Position numbers and translations under genes: made by a program
The notes under the pieces: model-generated
Databases searched by the model: none
The model's input: only the letters and a program-made list of their open reading frames with translations
What the model was told of the DNA's origin: nothing
Assembly (NCBI GenBank): GCA_025451315.1
Contig: JANWKP010000081.1
Span: 1-51,645 of the forward strand
DNA length: 51,645 bases
DNA from: Nitrososphaerales archaeon
GTDB taxonomy: Archaea > Thermoproteota > Nitrososphaeria > Nitrososphaerales > Nitrososphaeraceae
Direction: 5' to 3'
Part shown: piece by piece, positions 37,048-48,183 of the stretch
How the letters are laid out: every line of letters begins with the position of its first letter
Numbering within the stretch: the stretch's first letter is position 1

Positions 37048-38559
37048 TTATTTATTTTTATCTTCAACAAAAGTATTTAAAATCACCTCTTTCTCCAAGT
37101 TATTAAATGCTGTATGCAGCATTTCTTTTCTTTCTGATATTGCTTTACTGTAAAACAAAAGTGATTTATCGATCGAATTTACCATTTCATTCTGCTGGAA
37201 TGGGTTTGGAGATCCGTAGGACTTGCGGAACAATATTGATTTTTCAGGAGTTGTGTCCTTTATAATCAACATAAGATCATCTACATCTATTTTAATTTTT
37301 AAAAGATTTAAAATCTTATTCAGATCCTGTTTAGAAAGTTGACTTAATGAAATATTCTCATTTTTTATAGCCTGTTGTACTAATGCACCGACTAATTTGT
37401 GTACTTTTCTAAATGGAATATGGTATTTGATTACAATTTGTTCAGCTATATCCAAAGATACACCATAGCTTTTGTTTGCAGAATTGAAGGCATTTTTTTT
37501 GTTCACTTTTAAAGTATTAATAACACCTTTCATTATAAGTAAAGATTCTTTGACTATTTTTGACGAGTTTGACAAAAGCGGTTTAAGATCCTGCAAATCT
37601 CTATGATATCCAGACGGAAGATTCTTTATTATAGATAGTGAAGCTATTAACATTCCATGAACTATTGAAGTACGTGATCGAAGTATTTCAAGAGGATCAG
37701 GATTCTTTTTTTGTGGCATAACGCTTGAAGTAGAGCTGTACCTGTCTGATAGTTCAATATAATTAAATTCAGAAGTAGACCATAAAATAAAATCTTCAGC
37801 AATTCTACTGAGCGTACTCATCAAGATTGAAAGAAAAGACAAATACTCAATCAATGAATCTCTCGAACTAGTAGCATCAATAGAATTCTCCAATAAGCCT
37901 CGAAATCCTAAAAAGGAAGCGGTATAGTTTCTATCTATTGGAATTCCTGTTCCTCCAATAGCACAAGATCCAAGTGGTGATAGATTAATTCTATCAAAGG
38001 AGGAACTTATTCTCTCCAGATCTCTTAAAAGGCTAAATGAATAGGATAAAAGATAATGAGAAAACGTTCCAATTTGAGCTTGTTGTAGATGAGTATAGAG
38101 TGATATTATTGTATTCTTGTGTTCTTTGGATTTTTCAACTAGAGATTTTATAATATTAATAATTAATTCACAGATATCAATAATATCATCTCTCAATTTC
38201 ATTCTTACATCCAGAATGACTTGATCATTTCTAGATCGACCGGTGTGCATTTTTCCTCCGATGTCTATTCCTATATCTTGAATAACTATGGATTCGACTA
38301 GTTCATGTATATCTTCTGATAAAAATAGTTCATTTGAAAGTATATTCTGGCTATTTGTTGATTCAAATTTTATTTTACTCAAAGAAGAAAGAATTTTAGA
38401 TAATTCAGCTGATGTTAAAATTCCAATTTTGTTTAGCATAAGACAATGAGCCTGAGTTCCCAAAATATCATAGATGAGTATATTAGTATCTTCATTAAGG
38501 GATGAAAGAAAATTTAATACATCTTTATCTAAATTTTCTTTCTGTCTAGAGCGATACAA
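37048..38559 (-). CDS. argH: Argininosuccinate lyase
   Basis: EDIH, HTGRSRNDQV, YTHLQQAQ, SSVMPQKKNPD, GYHRDLQ. Confidence 0.96.
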   Translation of the reverse strand: MYRSRQKENLDKDVLNFLSSLNEDTNILIYDILGTQAHCLMLNKIGILTSAELSKILSSLSKIKFESTNSQNILSNELFLSEDIHELVESIVIQDIGIDIGGKMHTGRSRNDQVILDVRMKLRDDIIDICELIINIIKSLVEKSKEHKNTIISLYTHLQQAQIGTFSHYLLSYSFSLLRDLERISSSFDRINLSPLGSCAIGGTGIPIDRNYTASFLGFRGLLENSIDATSSRDSLIEYLSFLSILMSTLSRIAEDFILWSTSEFNYIELSDRYSSTSSVMPQKKNPDPLEILRSRTSIVHGMLIASLSIIKNLPSGYHRDLQDLKPLLSNSSKIVKESLLIMKGVINTLKVNKKNAFNSANKSYGVSLDIAEQIVIKYHIPFRKVHKLVGALVQQAIKNENISLSQLSKQDLNKILNLLKIKIDVDDLMLIIKDTTPEKSILFRKSYGSPNPFQQNEMVNSIDKSLLFYSKAISERKEMLHTAFNNLEKEVILNTFVEDKNK

Positions 38560-38697
38560 AATACTACATAATAAAGTGAAAAAAGATATAATATATTCAT
38601 TTATTCTTTAACGATAACCATTTCCACCTAAACTGAACATAAAATAATGAGGTGAACTCAATAAATAGTTAAATATGGTTTTTCATAACTTTATATA

Positions 38698-39039
38698 ATG
38701 TCTCAAGATATGCAACAAACTCGTAGACTAATTTTTGATGAGTTGTCAAAAATTGTAGATCCTGAAATAGGTGTTTCGATTATGGAATTAGAATTAATTG
38801 ATAAAGTAGATATTGCAGAAAAAGATGTAAATGTTGATTTACATTTAACAAGCCCATTTTGTCCTGCTGTATTTGGTTTTAAAATTGCTCAAGATGTAAG
38901 AGATAATATTTATAAAATAGAAGGAATTGAAAACGTAAAGATAAACGTAAGCAATCATTTTATGGCTGAAGCTATAAACAAGCAAGTAAATGAAAGCAAA
39001 CTTCCTTCCAAGGAAGAGAATCAAGAAAATAAACAATAG
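38698..39039 (+). CDS. Fe-S cluster assembly factor (DUF59/SufT/MIP18 family)
   Basis: VDPEIGVSIMELELI, LTSPFCP. Confidence 0.92.
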   Translation: MSQDMQQTRRLIFDELSKIVDPEIGVSIMELELIDKVDIAEKDVNVDLHLTSPFCPAVFGFKIAQDVRDNIYKIEGIENVKINVSNHFMAEAINKQVNESKLPSKEENQENKQ

Positions 39040-39223
39040 TACTAACTTTTTTCTTGTATATAATAGATTACTTATTTAATTAAGTAATTTAATTAATAAT
39101 TAATTTTCTTATTTTTTATATTTTCTCTTTTTTTATTTCATCTTCTTTTATTTATTTCACATGAGTGGCATCTCAAAATAATGTTAGTTAGGTTAGCGCA
39201 TCATGAAAAGCTTGGTTATTTTT

Positions 39224-40129
39224 TCATTTATCATTATTCTCATTTTTTTCTGTATCTCCTTCTCCTTCTTCTGCGGTGTAGGGGTTAGATGATCTGTCTT
39301 GAAGTTTTGCAATTTTTTTTTCGCTATTTGAGAACCCCAATAGATGACTTCTAAGAAGCTGTATACCCAAAGCTGGATCTACTCCTTTCGGACAAACATT
39401 GCTGCAAGAACCTGCAAAATGACATCTTGATATCCCATGACTCGTATCAATTACTTTTAATCTATTTGATTTGTCTGTATCGCGTGAATCAGCAAAATAT
39501 CGATATGCTTGGGATAATGCTTGAGGGCCAGGGAATTTTAGATCAGTAGCTACAGTTGGACATGCAGAATAACATAAACCACACTTTATACAGTATGAAA
39601 ATTGAAGAAATTTATCCAAATCTTCTGGGGTCTGCTCATATTCTGTAAGTTCATTGACATCTGGAATATCAGCCTTTTTGTTTTGAATATACGGCATGAC
39701 ACTACGATGATGATTAATGAATTGTGAAAAATCAGTAACTAGATCTCGAATATACGGAAAGTTAGGTAGAGGTTCACAAGTAATTGTGTTTGTAGCAAGC
39801 TCTGAAATCTTTGTATAACACGCTAGCCGAGGAATCCCATTTATTTTCATTCCACAAGAACCACAAGAAGCCATTCTGCAGGAATAACGAATGGCAATAC
39901 TACTATCATGATAACTTTTGGCATCCAATAATGCATCTAATACAGTAGTCCATCTCTTTACTGGAATCTGAAATTCATCAAAATGATGGACATCTTTAGG
40001 ATCTTGGATTGCATTAATCCTAAAAACACGTAATTTTACAGAACTTTTTGTATTGTCGGTAGTGTTTGATATTTCTATAGCCTCCTTATTTTTTATATCT
40101 CTTTTTTTATCTTTTTTGAATATTTTCAT
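39224..40129 (-). CDS. sdhB: Succinate dehydrogenase iron-sulfur subunit
   Basis: SCRMASCGSCG, CIKCGLCYSACP, CHFAGSCSNVCP. Confidence 0.96.
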   Translation of the reverse strand: MKIFKKDKKRDIKNKEAIEISNTTDNTKSSVKLRVFRINAIQDPKDVHHFDEFQIPVKRWTTVLDALLDAKSYHDSSIAIRYSCRMASCGSCGMKINGIPRLACYTKISELATNTITCEPLPNFPYIRDLVTDFSQFINHHRSVMPYIQNKKADIPDVNELTEYEQTPEDLDKFLQFSYCIKCGLCYSACPTVATDLKFPGPQALSQAYRYFADSRDTDKSNRLKVIDTSHGISRCHFAGSCSNVCPKGVDPALGIQLLRSHLLGFSNSEKKIAKLQDRSSNPYTAEEGEGDTEKNENNDK

Positions 40130-40150
40130 ATTACAAGATCACCTTCAAAT

Positions 40151-40576
40151 TCAACCTACTGAGAATCCATTTGCGATGATTATCGTTCGAGTTCCATAAG
40201 CAATTATTCCAATCATTGCAACTATCACCAATATATTAACTGCCCTTTCCCAAATTAGAGTCTGTCGTATTTCGAGTAAGATAACCCTGAGGCCATTGAA
40301 GCCATGTATAGCTATTAGTACCAAAATAGATTCTAACAATAGTGCATAAAAGATATTTTTATAATTTAATATAACATTTTCAAATTCTAGCGACATATTA
40401 AATGGCATTATTAATCTCATAAGGATATGAATAGCAACTACAAATAATGCACTTATTCCAGTAATGTAGTGAATCTTCGTTATCTGGCTCTCTCTTAAAA
40501 GAGTGATATTTGTAAACCATCTAGTCCTTTTATTACTATTATTTTTGAAATTAGAGGATGTCATTTCATTACTCAC
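40151..40576 (-). CDS. sdhD: Succinate dehydrogenase membrane anchor subunit D
   Basis: HYITG, HGFNGLRVIL; three TM helices. Confidence 0.85.
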   Translation of the reverse strand: MSNEMTSSNFKNNSNKRTRWFTNITLLRESQITKIHYITGISALFVVAIHILMRLIMPFNMSLEFENVILNYKNIFYALLLESILVLIAIHGFNGLRVILLEIRQTLIWERAVNILVIVAMIGIIAYGTRTIIIANGFSVG

Positions 40577-41052
40577 TCTCCACTAAAAAGAACATTTGCC
40601 CCATATAGCATTGCAACAGCGGCTAGAATAAACGCAATCCACAATCCAGAACGTTGTTTATTGTTAACAGATGTTGGATCATATGGATAGTCAGGTCTTC
40701 CTGGTTTTCCAAGACCTTGGCCAGACTGGGTAAATATCAATCTGATTCCATTAATTGTATGAAAAGTACTTGCTCCTATTACGAGAATTAGAAATAAATG
40801 GCCTCCTATAGTCTGGGTCAATTCTAACATTGCAGCCCATGCATCTGGACCGCTCACTAACGAACTAGTTTCATAAACGTGACCAATAAAATACACTAAT
40901 AGAAAGATTCCTGTTAATCTCTGAAACCAGTAAGAAACTCGTTCCCATCCATATATTATTGGATTAAGCCATCCTCTAATGCCTGCTCTATTTGTTCGGT
41001 CATTTTTATTGTTGTCATCAATTCGTTTTGCCGCTGATGTAGTGGATGTCAT
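40573..41052 (-). CDS. sdhC: Succinate dehydrogenase cytochrome b subunit C (start taken at ATG 41052)
   Basis: QRLTG, GHVYE, FHTINGIRL; ATG directly after the sdhA stop. Confidence 0.88.
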   Translation of the reverse strand: MTSTTSAAKRIDDNNKNDRTNRAGIRGWLNPIIYGWERVSYWFQRLTGIFLLVYFIGHVYETSSLVSGPDAWAAMLELTQTIGGHLFLILVIGASTFHTINGIRLIFTQSGQGLGKPGRPDYPYDPTSVNNKQRSGLWIAFILAAVAMLYGANVLFSGE

Positions 41053-41053
41053 A

Positions 41054-42775
41054 TCAATATTTCCTCTCCACAGGAGCATATCTTGTAAATGTGACTGGAT
41101 GCCAAGTTAATCTTGGTTCATCTTCAGAATTATAATAGGCTAACGTATGTTTTAGAAAATTTATATCATCCCTATTTGAATAATCAATTCTTGCATGTGC
41201 TCCTCTGGACTCCTTTCTATTTATAGCACCCATCAATACTACTTCTGCTGTCCTCAACATAGCATCAATCTCCATCACATTAGTAAAATTAGTATTATAT
41301 TCTTTTGATTTATCATCAACATGTTTCCAAGTTAATGCTTTCAGCTCTCTTATTCTTTTCAAGCCAGAAACTAGAGTTTCCTCTGTTCTGAAAACATATG
41401 CTTTGTCATCCATAGTGTCAGTTAATTCCTTTCTCACTTCGTATGGATTAACTTGTCCTCTTCCTCTAAAAATGCCATCGAAAATTCTTTTTTCTTCGGC
41501 AAGAACTTGGTCATGTGATATTTCAATTGTAGAACCTTTTCTATCTAATGCAAATTGTGCTGCTTGCTCTCCAGTCATTCTTCCCCAAACGATACATTCT
41601 GATGTTGAATTTGCACCTAATCTATTTGCTCCGTGTGTGCTATTACATGCAGCTTCACCTGCGGCCCATAAACCTCCCAGTTCTGTTTTCCCATCAAAAT
41701 CGGTATGAATTCCTCCCATCATATAATGACAGACAGGTCTAATTTCAATAGGAGCCTCTATTACATCAATACCTGAAAATTTTATTCCGATTTCTCTGAT
41801 TCCGGATAGTTTTTCTTTAATTTTTTCGTCTCCCAAATGTGTCAAATCTAATTTTAAACAATCATAACCTGATTCGTGTTTGAAACCTTTTCCTTCTTGA
41901 ATTTCCCTGATCATTGATCTCGATACTACATCTCTAGGGGCAAGCTCTAATTTTTCTGGAGCATATTTCTTCATAAATCGTTCATTCTGATTATTAATGA
42001 GATAACCGCCTTCTCCTCTAGCTCCTTCTGTTATTAGGATTCCTGAGGGTAAGATACCTGTTGGATGAAATTGAACAAATTCCATGTCTTTCATTGCTAG
42101 TCCGGCACGGTAAGCCATATCAATACCATCTGGGGTAGAAGAATAAGCATATGTAGAAAAGCTGTAAATCCTGCCTGCACCTCCTGTACATATAATTCCA
42201 GCTGGAGCCTTTATTTTGACAAAATTTCCGTTTTTCATTTCAATTGCTGTTAAACCACGGAATAAATTATTCTCCTTAAGTATACTAGTGCAATACCATT
42301 CATTATAAAAATTAATGTTATCGTACTTTTGACATGTATCGTATAAGGTTTGCATTTCATAAAAACCAACTTTATCCTGAGCATATGTAGCGCGAGGGAA
42401 AGAATATCCACCAAATTTCCTCTGTCCGATTCTTCCGTCTTTTCTCCTAGACCACGGCATACCCCAATGGTCCAATTGATAAATTTCATGAGGTATTGTT
42501 TTTACTAGTCTTTCCGCAACATCTTGATCGGCTAAAAAATCACTTCCTTTTATTGTATCATAAATATGAGATTCTATATTATCTCCTTCATCTTCAAATA
42601 AAACTGCTGCAGTCCCTCCTTCAGCAGAGACAGAATGAGATCGCATTACTTGAACTTTGGAAAAAACACCTATACTGGTATCACCTTTTCCATATGCTGC
42701 TGCTGCAATTGCAGCTCTCAAGCCAGCTAGGCCTGATCCAATAATAACAACATCATGTTGAATCGAATCTGTCAC
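41054..42775 (-). CDS. sdhA: Succinate dehydrogenase flavoprotein (start taken at GTG 42775)
   Basis: IIGSGLAG, RSHSVSAEGG (FAD-His), QFHPT, HYMMGG, HGANRLGANS, ESRGAH. Confidence 0.97.
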   Translation of the reverse strand: MTDSIQHDVVIIGSGLAGLRAAIAAAAYGKGDTSIGVFSKVQVMRSHSVSAEGGTAAVLFEDEGDNIESHIYDTIKGSDFLADQDVAERLVKTIPHEIYQLDHWGMPWSRRKDGRIGQRKFGGYSFPRATYAQDKVGFYEMQTLYDTCQKYDNINFYNEWYCTSILKENNLFRGLTAIEMKNGNFVKIKAPAGIICTGGAGRIYSFSTYAYSSTPDGIDMAYRAGLAMKDMEFVQFHPTGILPSGILITEGARGEGGYLINNQNERFMKKYAPEKLELAPRDVVSRSMIREIQEGKGFKHESGYDCLKLDLTHLGDEKIKEKLSGIREIGIKFSGIDVIEAPIEIRPVCHYMMGGIHTDFDGKTELGGLWAAGEAACNSTHGANRLGANSTSECIVWGRMTGEQAAQFALDRKGSTIEISHDQVLAEEKRIFDGIFRGRGQVNPYEVRKELTDTMDDKAYVFRTEETLVSGLKRIRELKALTWKHVDDKSKEYNTNFTNVMEIDAMLRTAEVVLMGAINRKESRGAHARIDYSNRDDINFLKHTLAYYNSEDEPRLTWHPVTFTRYAPVERKY

Positions 42776-43025
42776 TAATTTTATCCCAAAAACGTGTATT
42801 CTTATAATACAAATATACTTTATGATTGATTCATGAGAAAATTTCATGATGAAAGATACTTGTATGTTAATTTTGTCTATTTTAAAAAGAAATACAAAAT
42901 GAAAAAAGATGAATAAGCAGAATAAAGCGTACCGAGATGAATAATGATAAGTAAATTTTGTTGATTACTAGAATGAGTTGTCAAGATTTACATTTATTAC
43001 TAGTATGTAATTTGTAATTTTTATT

Positions 43026-43283
43026 ATGGTTATAGAGTATCAAAAGAAGGTATTCTTTGCTCCAAATACTTCAGACCAAGATATAGTAGATAGAGCAATC
43101 AAAATTCTTATTGAGAATGGTATAAATGACAAAGACATCCAAATTAACTATAATACAAATGATTTAGAAGAGGGAGATCTTTATATCAGTTATGACCCTC
43201 CAGATCTTGTGATCCGAACTGTTTACCAAAAGAAAACTAGTGGAATCATAAAGATGAAAAGTATTGCAATGATAAATCTATAG
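43026..43283 (+). CDS. Hypothetical protein
   Basis: 85 aa ORF, globular composition, convergent with hisS. Confidence 0.6.
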   Translation: MVIEYQKKVFFAPNTSDQDIVDRAIKILIENGINDKDIQINYNTNDLEEGDLYISYDPPDLVIRTVYQKKTSGIIKMKSIAMINL

Positions 43284-44555
43284 TAGTAACCGATGAATAT
43301 TTTTATCTAATGATTCTATATTTTCAATCATCTCTGTTCCATCCTTCATATTTTTAATTATTACATTGTTCTTTGAAATTTCATCTGGAGCAATAATTAG
43401 AGTCAGAGCTACCCCCTTTGAAGAAGCGTCAGAAAGTTGTTTTCGAAGTGATCTATTAGATAAATCATATTCTACACTATAGCCTTTTCTTCTTAAACTG
43501 CTCAAAATTGAAAGAGCTTTATTTCTAACTGATTCATTACTATTAGCAATATATACAATTTTTTTTATCTTTTTTGGAAGTTTTTTATTATATTGCAAGG
43601 CTAAAATTATCCTTTCTACACCTCCAGCTGCACCTGCTGCGCCAATATCAGGACGTCCAAATACATTGGTAAGTTTATCGTACCTCCCACCTCCCACTAA
43701 AGAACCAATATTAGAGAGCTTGTCAAATACCTCAAAAACAATTCCAGAATAATAGTCTAATCCTCTCACTATACCTAGATTTACTCTTATATTCTGAATA
43801 TTTCTGGATTCTAATGAAAAAAACAAATCTTTTAGATATCTAGTATTTTTTAAATTCTTTAACTTTTCATGAGAGTTAAGATCCAAAATAGCTCCTTTGA
43901 AAGAAGAAATTTCCAATAGATCTCGAAGAATTTGTTCATTAAGAACGTCTTTGTATTCGGTACATACTTGTCTGATTCCTTTTTTTGGTACTTTATCTAT
44001 AGCTCTAAAAAGATTTCCGATGGAATATTCATCGTCAAGCCAGTACTTGAGTTTAATATATTCTTCAAGAATTCTTCGATCACTTATTTCAATCATTATT
44101 TCAAGATTAAGTTTAGTAAAAAAGTTAGAAACAAATTCAATTATTTCTGCTTCTGAATCGATATTAAAATTATCATAAATTTCAATATCCCATTGGTGAA
44201 AATAGCGATATCGACCGGCTTGGGGTTCGTCATATCTGAAAACTCCACCAAAATTTGCCAATTTTATAGGCATAGGTATATCTCGTTTTGAAACAGCAAA
44301 TCTGGTTATCCCTATTGTAAGGTCATAACGTAAGGCGATATCTCGTCCAGCTTTGTCCTTGAAACTATAAACCTCGTTTATTATTGATTCGCCGCTTTTT
44401 GCTTCTAGTGTTGATAATAATTCAATAGGTGATGGTTCAATAACTTGAAAATTATATGAGGAAATCGTTTCATAAAATTTTTCTCTAATATAATTAATAT
44501 AAAAGGCATCTTCTTGAGATATATCTCTCATCCCTCTTGGTAAATCCAACTTCAC
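43278..44555 (-). CDS. hisS: Histidyl-tRNA synthetase
   Basis: PRGMRD, LRYDLT, FRYDEPQAGRYR, VRGLDYYSG, GGGRYD. Confidence 0.97.
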   Translation of the reverse strand: MKLDLPRGMRDISQEDAFYINYIREKFYETISSYNFQVIEPSPIELLSTLEAKSGESIINEVYSFKDKAGRDIALRYDLTIGITRFAVSKRDIPMPIKLANFGGVFRYDEPQAGRYRYFHQWDIEIYDNFNIDSEAEIIEFVSNFFTKLNLEIMIEISDRRILEEYIKLKYWLDDEYSIGNLFRAIDKVPKKGIRQVCTEYKDVLNEQILRDLLEISSFKGAILDLNSHEKLKNLKNTRYLKDLFFSLESRNIQNIRVNLGIVRGLDYYSGIVFEVFDKLSNIGSLVGGGRYDKLTNVFGRPDIGAAGAAGGVERIILALQYNKKLPKKIKKIVYIANSNESVRNKALSILSSLRRKGYSVEYDLSNRSLRKQLSDASSKGVALTLIIAPDEISKNNVIIKNMKDGTEMIENIESLDKNIHRLLL

Positions 44556-44638
44556 AATAAAAATTCAAAAATCTTGGAATTTAGATTTTCCGTTTTTTCA
44601 TTATTTTTATAATATGGTTTAAATCAGTTCATTGAGGA

Positions 44639-45217
44639 ATGGAAGAGAAATTTAGATATCTAGAACATATGACAGATCTAATAGTAGAAGCTTATGGTAA
44701 TACTTTACCAGAATTATTCGAGAACTCGACTTTAGGAATGATAAATGCCATGTTCGACATTTCCAATATAGAATTAAATCATTCACTCAAGATAATTGCA
44801 CAAGGACATGATTTTAAAAGCTTACTCTATGACTGGATAGAAAAGATCATATTATCGATATATATTGACAGGATGATTATTGTAAAGTTTGATTCTTTTT
44901 CATTCTCAAAAATGATTACAAATAACCATATTAAGAATAATAATAACAATAACAATAACCTAATTACTACAACAAACTTGACAGAAATGGAATTTGTAGA
45001 TGCTCTAGGTTTGAATAATGCTACTGAGAGCTCGGATTCAAAACTTTCAGAAGAATGTAATTGCATTTATAAAATAGAATGTACTGGACATGGAGATAGG
45101 ATTGATTTACATAAACACGAGTACAAGATAGAAGTAAAATCTGTAACATACCATGAAATGAAAATAAATAGGGACAAGGATGGTCATTTTACTTCGAAAT
45201 TCTTGGTAGATCTATGA
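44639..45217 (+). CDS. Archease (RtcB cofactor) with Asn-rich insertion
   Basis: FRYLEHMTD, LLYDWI, EVKSVTYH, FLVDL C-terminus. Confidence 0.92.
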   Translation: MEEKFRYLEHMTDLIVEAYGNTLPELFENSTLGMINAMFDISNIELNHSLKIIAQGHDFKSLLYDWIEKIILSIYIDRMIIVKFDSFSFSKMITNNHIKNNNNNNNNLITTTNLTEMEFVDALGLNNATESSDSKLSEECNCIYKIECTGHGDRIDLHKHEYKIEVKSVTYHEMKINRDKDGHFTSKFLVDL

Positions 45218-45289
45218 CAATTATACTCACTAACTAATTAACCGTTCTACAAAAATCTTAAATAATTTTATAAACTTTAGTTATTATCA

Positions 45290-45646
45290 ATGGGTACTCA
45301 CATGAATTCTAATCCAAACAATAATGATGAACTCATAATAGAATTGTCTGAAGAGAACTTTGAAGAATCAATAAACGGTAATAAACCAATTCTTGTTGAT
45401 TTTTGGGCTACGTGGTGCGGTCCATGTAAATTTATGGTACCTGTATTCGATAAAATGGCAGAAAAATATTCATCAAAGATTGATTTTGGTAGACTCAATG
45501 TAGACGACTCTCAATCAATCGCTGTAAAATATGACGTCTATGCAATTCCCACATTTATAATATTTTATAAAGGAGAAATAATCGAACGCGCAGTCGGTGC
45601 TGTAGGGGAGAAAGGGTTAGAAAATATACTTGGAAAAATTCCTTAA
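45290..45646 (+). CDS. trxA: Thioredoxin
   Basis: VDFWATWCGPCK, IPT. Confidence 0.96.
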   Translation: MGTHMNSNPNNNDELIIELSEENFEESINGNKPILVDFWATWCGPCKFMVPVFDKMAEKYSSKIDFGRLNVDDSQSIAVKYDVYAIPTFIIFYKGEIIERAVGAVGEKGLENILGKIP

Positions 45647-45920
45647 ATCTTTCTTTGGCTTGTCATTTTTTAGTGACAGAAGATCATCCTTCAAGTTATT
45701 ACTACTTTACCAAACTATTGACAATACTAAATGTGATTATTTTCTGGTTGATCGGGTGACGAATCCTAAAGGCTATGACAATTTATTTAACTTGATTTTA
45801 CCTTTTTATTTGATGAGATATTTAATTTAATTATATGTCATTGTTAGAAGGAGGAAGGGAAGGAAGAAAGAAATATATGCAGAATTCCCGACAAGTCTAA
45901 AATATTTTTCTTCAGCAAAA

Positions 45921-47750
45921 TCAAATATATCCATATGCCGGATCAGATTTTCTTTTTAAATTCAAGATAAATTCAAATACTTCTTTTTCTTCATCATTGA
46001 GTCTATGACTAAATTTTTCAATTAATAGCTTTGCCTGTCTACTATTTAGATCAGTATAAAAAAAATCTCCTTCATTGATTTGTCTCCCAATTGTAGGGCC
46101 TCTTATAGATACAGCAACCTGCATACCTTTTCGTGCTTCGTCAATATTTTTTCCTTTATCTTGAATTTGATGGATTGTTCCCACCTTAGATCCTTGCTCA
46201 TTTATAATATGATTTTTTTGTTTGATTTTTCCGACAATTATTTCTGCTCCGAAAACAGCTGGGTCATTTCTTCTAAATACAAAACCCTTTAAAAACTGTA
46301 TTTTACAAATAGATGGAATTTCCTCATACATGATGGAATCGGCATGTTCTTTCTGATATTTTACCCAATCAGTATAGGTTCTTACTAGATTATAGATAAT
46401 TTTTTCATTAAATATTGGAACTTCTCGTTCTGCAGATTCCTTTTCAGCATCATCTAAAACTTTAACATTGAAACCCAATATTACTCCAAGATATCTTTCT
46501 TTATCCTTAACTGCATGAGCTGCCAAAACATCTCTTCTAGTTATATGGCCAATATCAGCAGTTTGAATAGGTATATTTTCTTTTTTCAACATATCAATTA
46601 TAGCTTCAAGGGATCCAATTGTATCACATCTAAGAATAACTCCTAATGCATTAGTATTATTAATAAAAGTACCTTTGACTTCTGATTCAATAAGCTGTCG
46701 AATCTCTTTCTCCTCTTGTTGGTTTCTTACTACATACAAAGGACTGCCTGCCAATACACCTTCCAAGTCAGGAGATACTATTCTTAAACCCGCTGCTGAA
46801 ATTACTTCAGTTACTGACCTAAATTTATCGCGAGGATCACGCATTTCATCGAGAGGTTTTGGAAGGAGTAACGCTTTAACTTTAGTTACTACTATATCAT
46901 CTCTCTTTGCAACCATGATCATATCTCCTTGCTTAATAGTTCCATCTAATAATATCATATTTGCAGAAGGACCAAGACCAAGTTCTTCGTTGATTTCTAG
47001 AATTATACCTCTAACATGGTCGTAACGTCTCTCCAACCGTTTTTTCATATACTGTTGTGCTAAGCCGACAAGCACCGCCATCAATTCTGGGATTCCAATT
47101 CCTGAAACAGCACTAATTGGAACTATGGCCAACTCTTTATCAAATTCTTTAATCCGCCAAAAAGCTTCAGAATTAAAGCCCATCCGCGAGAGTGATCCTA
47201 CCACAGTGTAAATTTTTTCATCTAAAAGAGTAAGAACATTAGAATCCTGTTTCTTTATTTCTTCAGATATAAAACCTAAATTAATTGTATTTCCCTTTCG
47301 GCTACGACTAGTATCTCCCTTTTTTTTCCCTTTCCAACCTGAAACCATATCCACTTTATTTAATGCCACCACAAATGGAACCTTTCTCTTTTTTAGTATC
47401 TCTATGCTTTCTATTGTCTGCGGCTCGAATCCTTTGTTTACATCTGCAACGACTATTGCTATATCTGCAGCAGACCCTCCTCTACTTCTAAGATTAGCAA
47501 ACACTTCATGTCCAGGAGTATCAATAAATAACAGTCCTGGAATTTGCTCATCAGTCTTAGTAAGTCGTTCATATAAAACTCCGGTTATTGTCTTAATTGT
47601 TTCTATTGGAAAAAAGCTTGCTCCAATATGTTGTGTGATGCCTCCAGCTTCTCTTGCCTGTACTGCTGTACCTCTTATCTTATCTAATAAGGAAGTTTTT
47701 CCAGAGTCTACATGACCCAATACAACTACTACTGGCTGTCGGAGATTCAC
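45921..47750 (-). CDS. infB: Translation initiation factor IF-2/aIF5B
   Basis: LRQPVVVVLGHVDSGKT, DTPGHE, NKVD; no intein. Confidence 0.97.
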   Translation of the reverse strand: MNLRQPVVVVLGHVDSGKTSLLDKIRGTAVQAREAGGITQHIGASFFPIETIKTITGVLYERLTKTDEQIPGLLFIDTPGHEVFANLRSRGGSAADIAIVVADVNKGFEPQTIESIEILKKRKVPFVVALNKVDMVSGWKGKKKGDTSRSRKGNTINLGFISEEIKKQDSNVLTLLDEKIYTVVGSLSRMGFNSEAFWRIKEFDKELAIVPISAVSGIGIPELMAVLVGLAQQYMKKRLERRYDHVRGIILEINEELGLGPSANMILLDGTIKQGDMIMVAKRDDIVVTKVKALLLPKPLDEMRDPRDKFRSVTEVISAAGLRIVSPDLEGVLAGSPLYVVRNQQEEKEIRQLIESEVKGTFINNTNALGVILRCDTIGSLEAIIDMLKKENIPIQTADIGHITRRDVLAAHAVKDKERYLGVILGFNVKVLDDAEKESAEREVPIFNEKIIYNLVRTYTDWVKYQKEHADSIMYEEIPSICKIQFLKGFVFRRNDPAVFGAEIIVGKIKQKNHIINEQGSKVGTIHQIQDKGKNIDEARKGMQVAVSIRGPTIGRQINEGDFFYTDLNSRQAKLLIEKFSHRLNDEEKEVFEFILNLKRKSDPAYGYI

Positions 47751-47757
47751 ATTGTTA

Positions 47758-48159
47758 CTACTTAAAAATGACTGTTGATTCTTTTATAAAACTTTCATAT
47801 GAATCAGAAGCATGGATAATATTCTTTGTAATGCCAAGACCATAATCTCCCCTAATTGTTCCGGGTTGAGCTTCAAAAGATCGAGTTGAGCCAATCATTA
47901 GTCTTACAATATTTATCGCATTCTCTCCTTCCAAAATACATGCTACAACAGTCGAAGATGAGATAAATGACACAAGTTCATTGAAAAATGGCTTATCTTT
48001 GTGAGCAGAATAAAATTCTTCTGCTTTTTCTTTTGTAAAAATATATGACTTGAGTTCTTTAATTAGAAATCCCTTAACCTCAAATCTAGATAATAGTGTT
48101 CCAGTGAGTTTGCGTTCAAAAGCATCAGGTTTTACAACTATTAATGTTTGCTCGTTCAT
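47758..48159 (-). CDS. ndk: Nucleoside diphosphate kinase
   Basis: VKPD, PGTIRGDY, NIIHASDS. Confidence 0.97.
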   Translation of the reverse strand: MNEQTLIVVKPDAFERKLTGTLLSRFEVKGFLIKELKSYIFTKEKAEEFYSAHKDKPFFNELVSFISSSTVVACILEGENAINIVRLMIGSTRSFEAQPGTIRGDYGLGITKNIIHASDSYESFIKESTVIFK

Positions 48160-48183
48160 CTATATTATCAATTCGATTCAATT

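Noticed and set aside
42776-42847. 24-aa N-terminal extension of SdhA in the ORF track
   Set aside because: Homology begins at VTDSIQHDVVIIG; the extension spans the likely promoter region.
45630-45830. 66-aa ORF after trxA
   Set aside because: TTG start overlapping trxA, no motifs, intergenic-like composition; not supportable.
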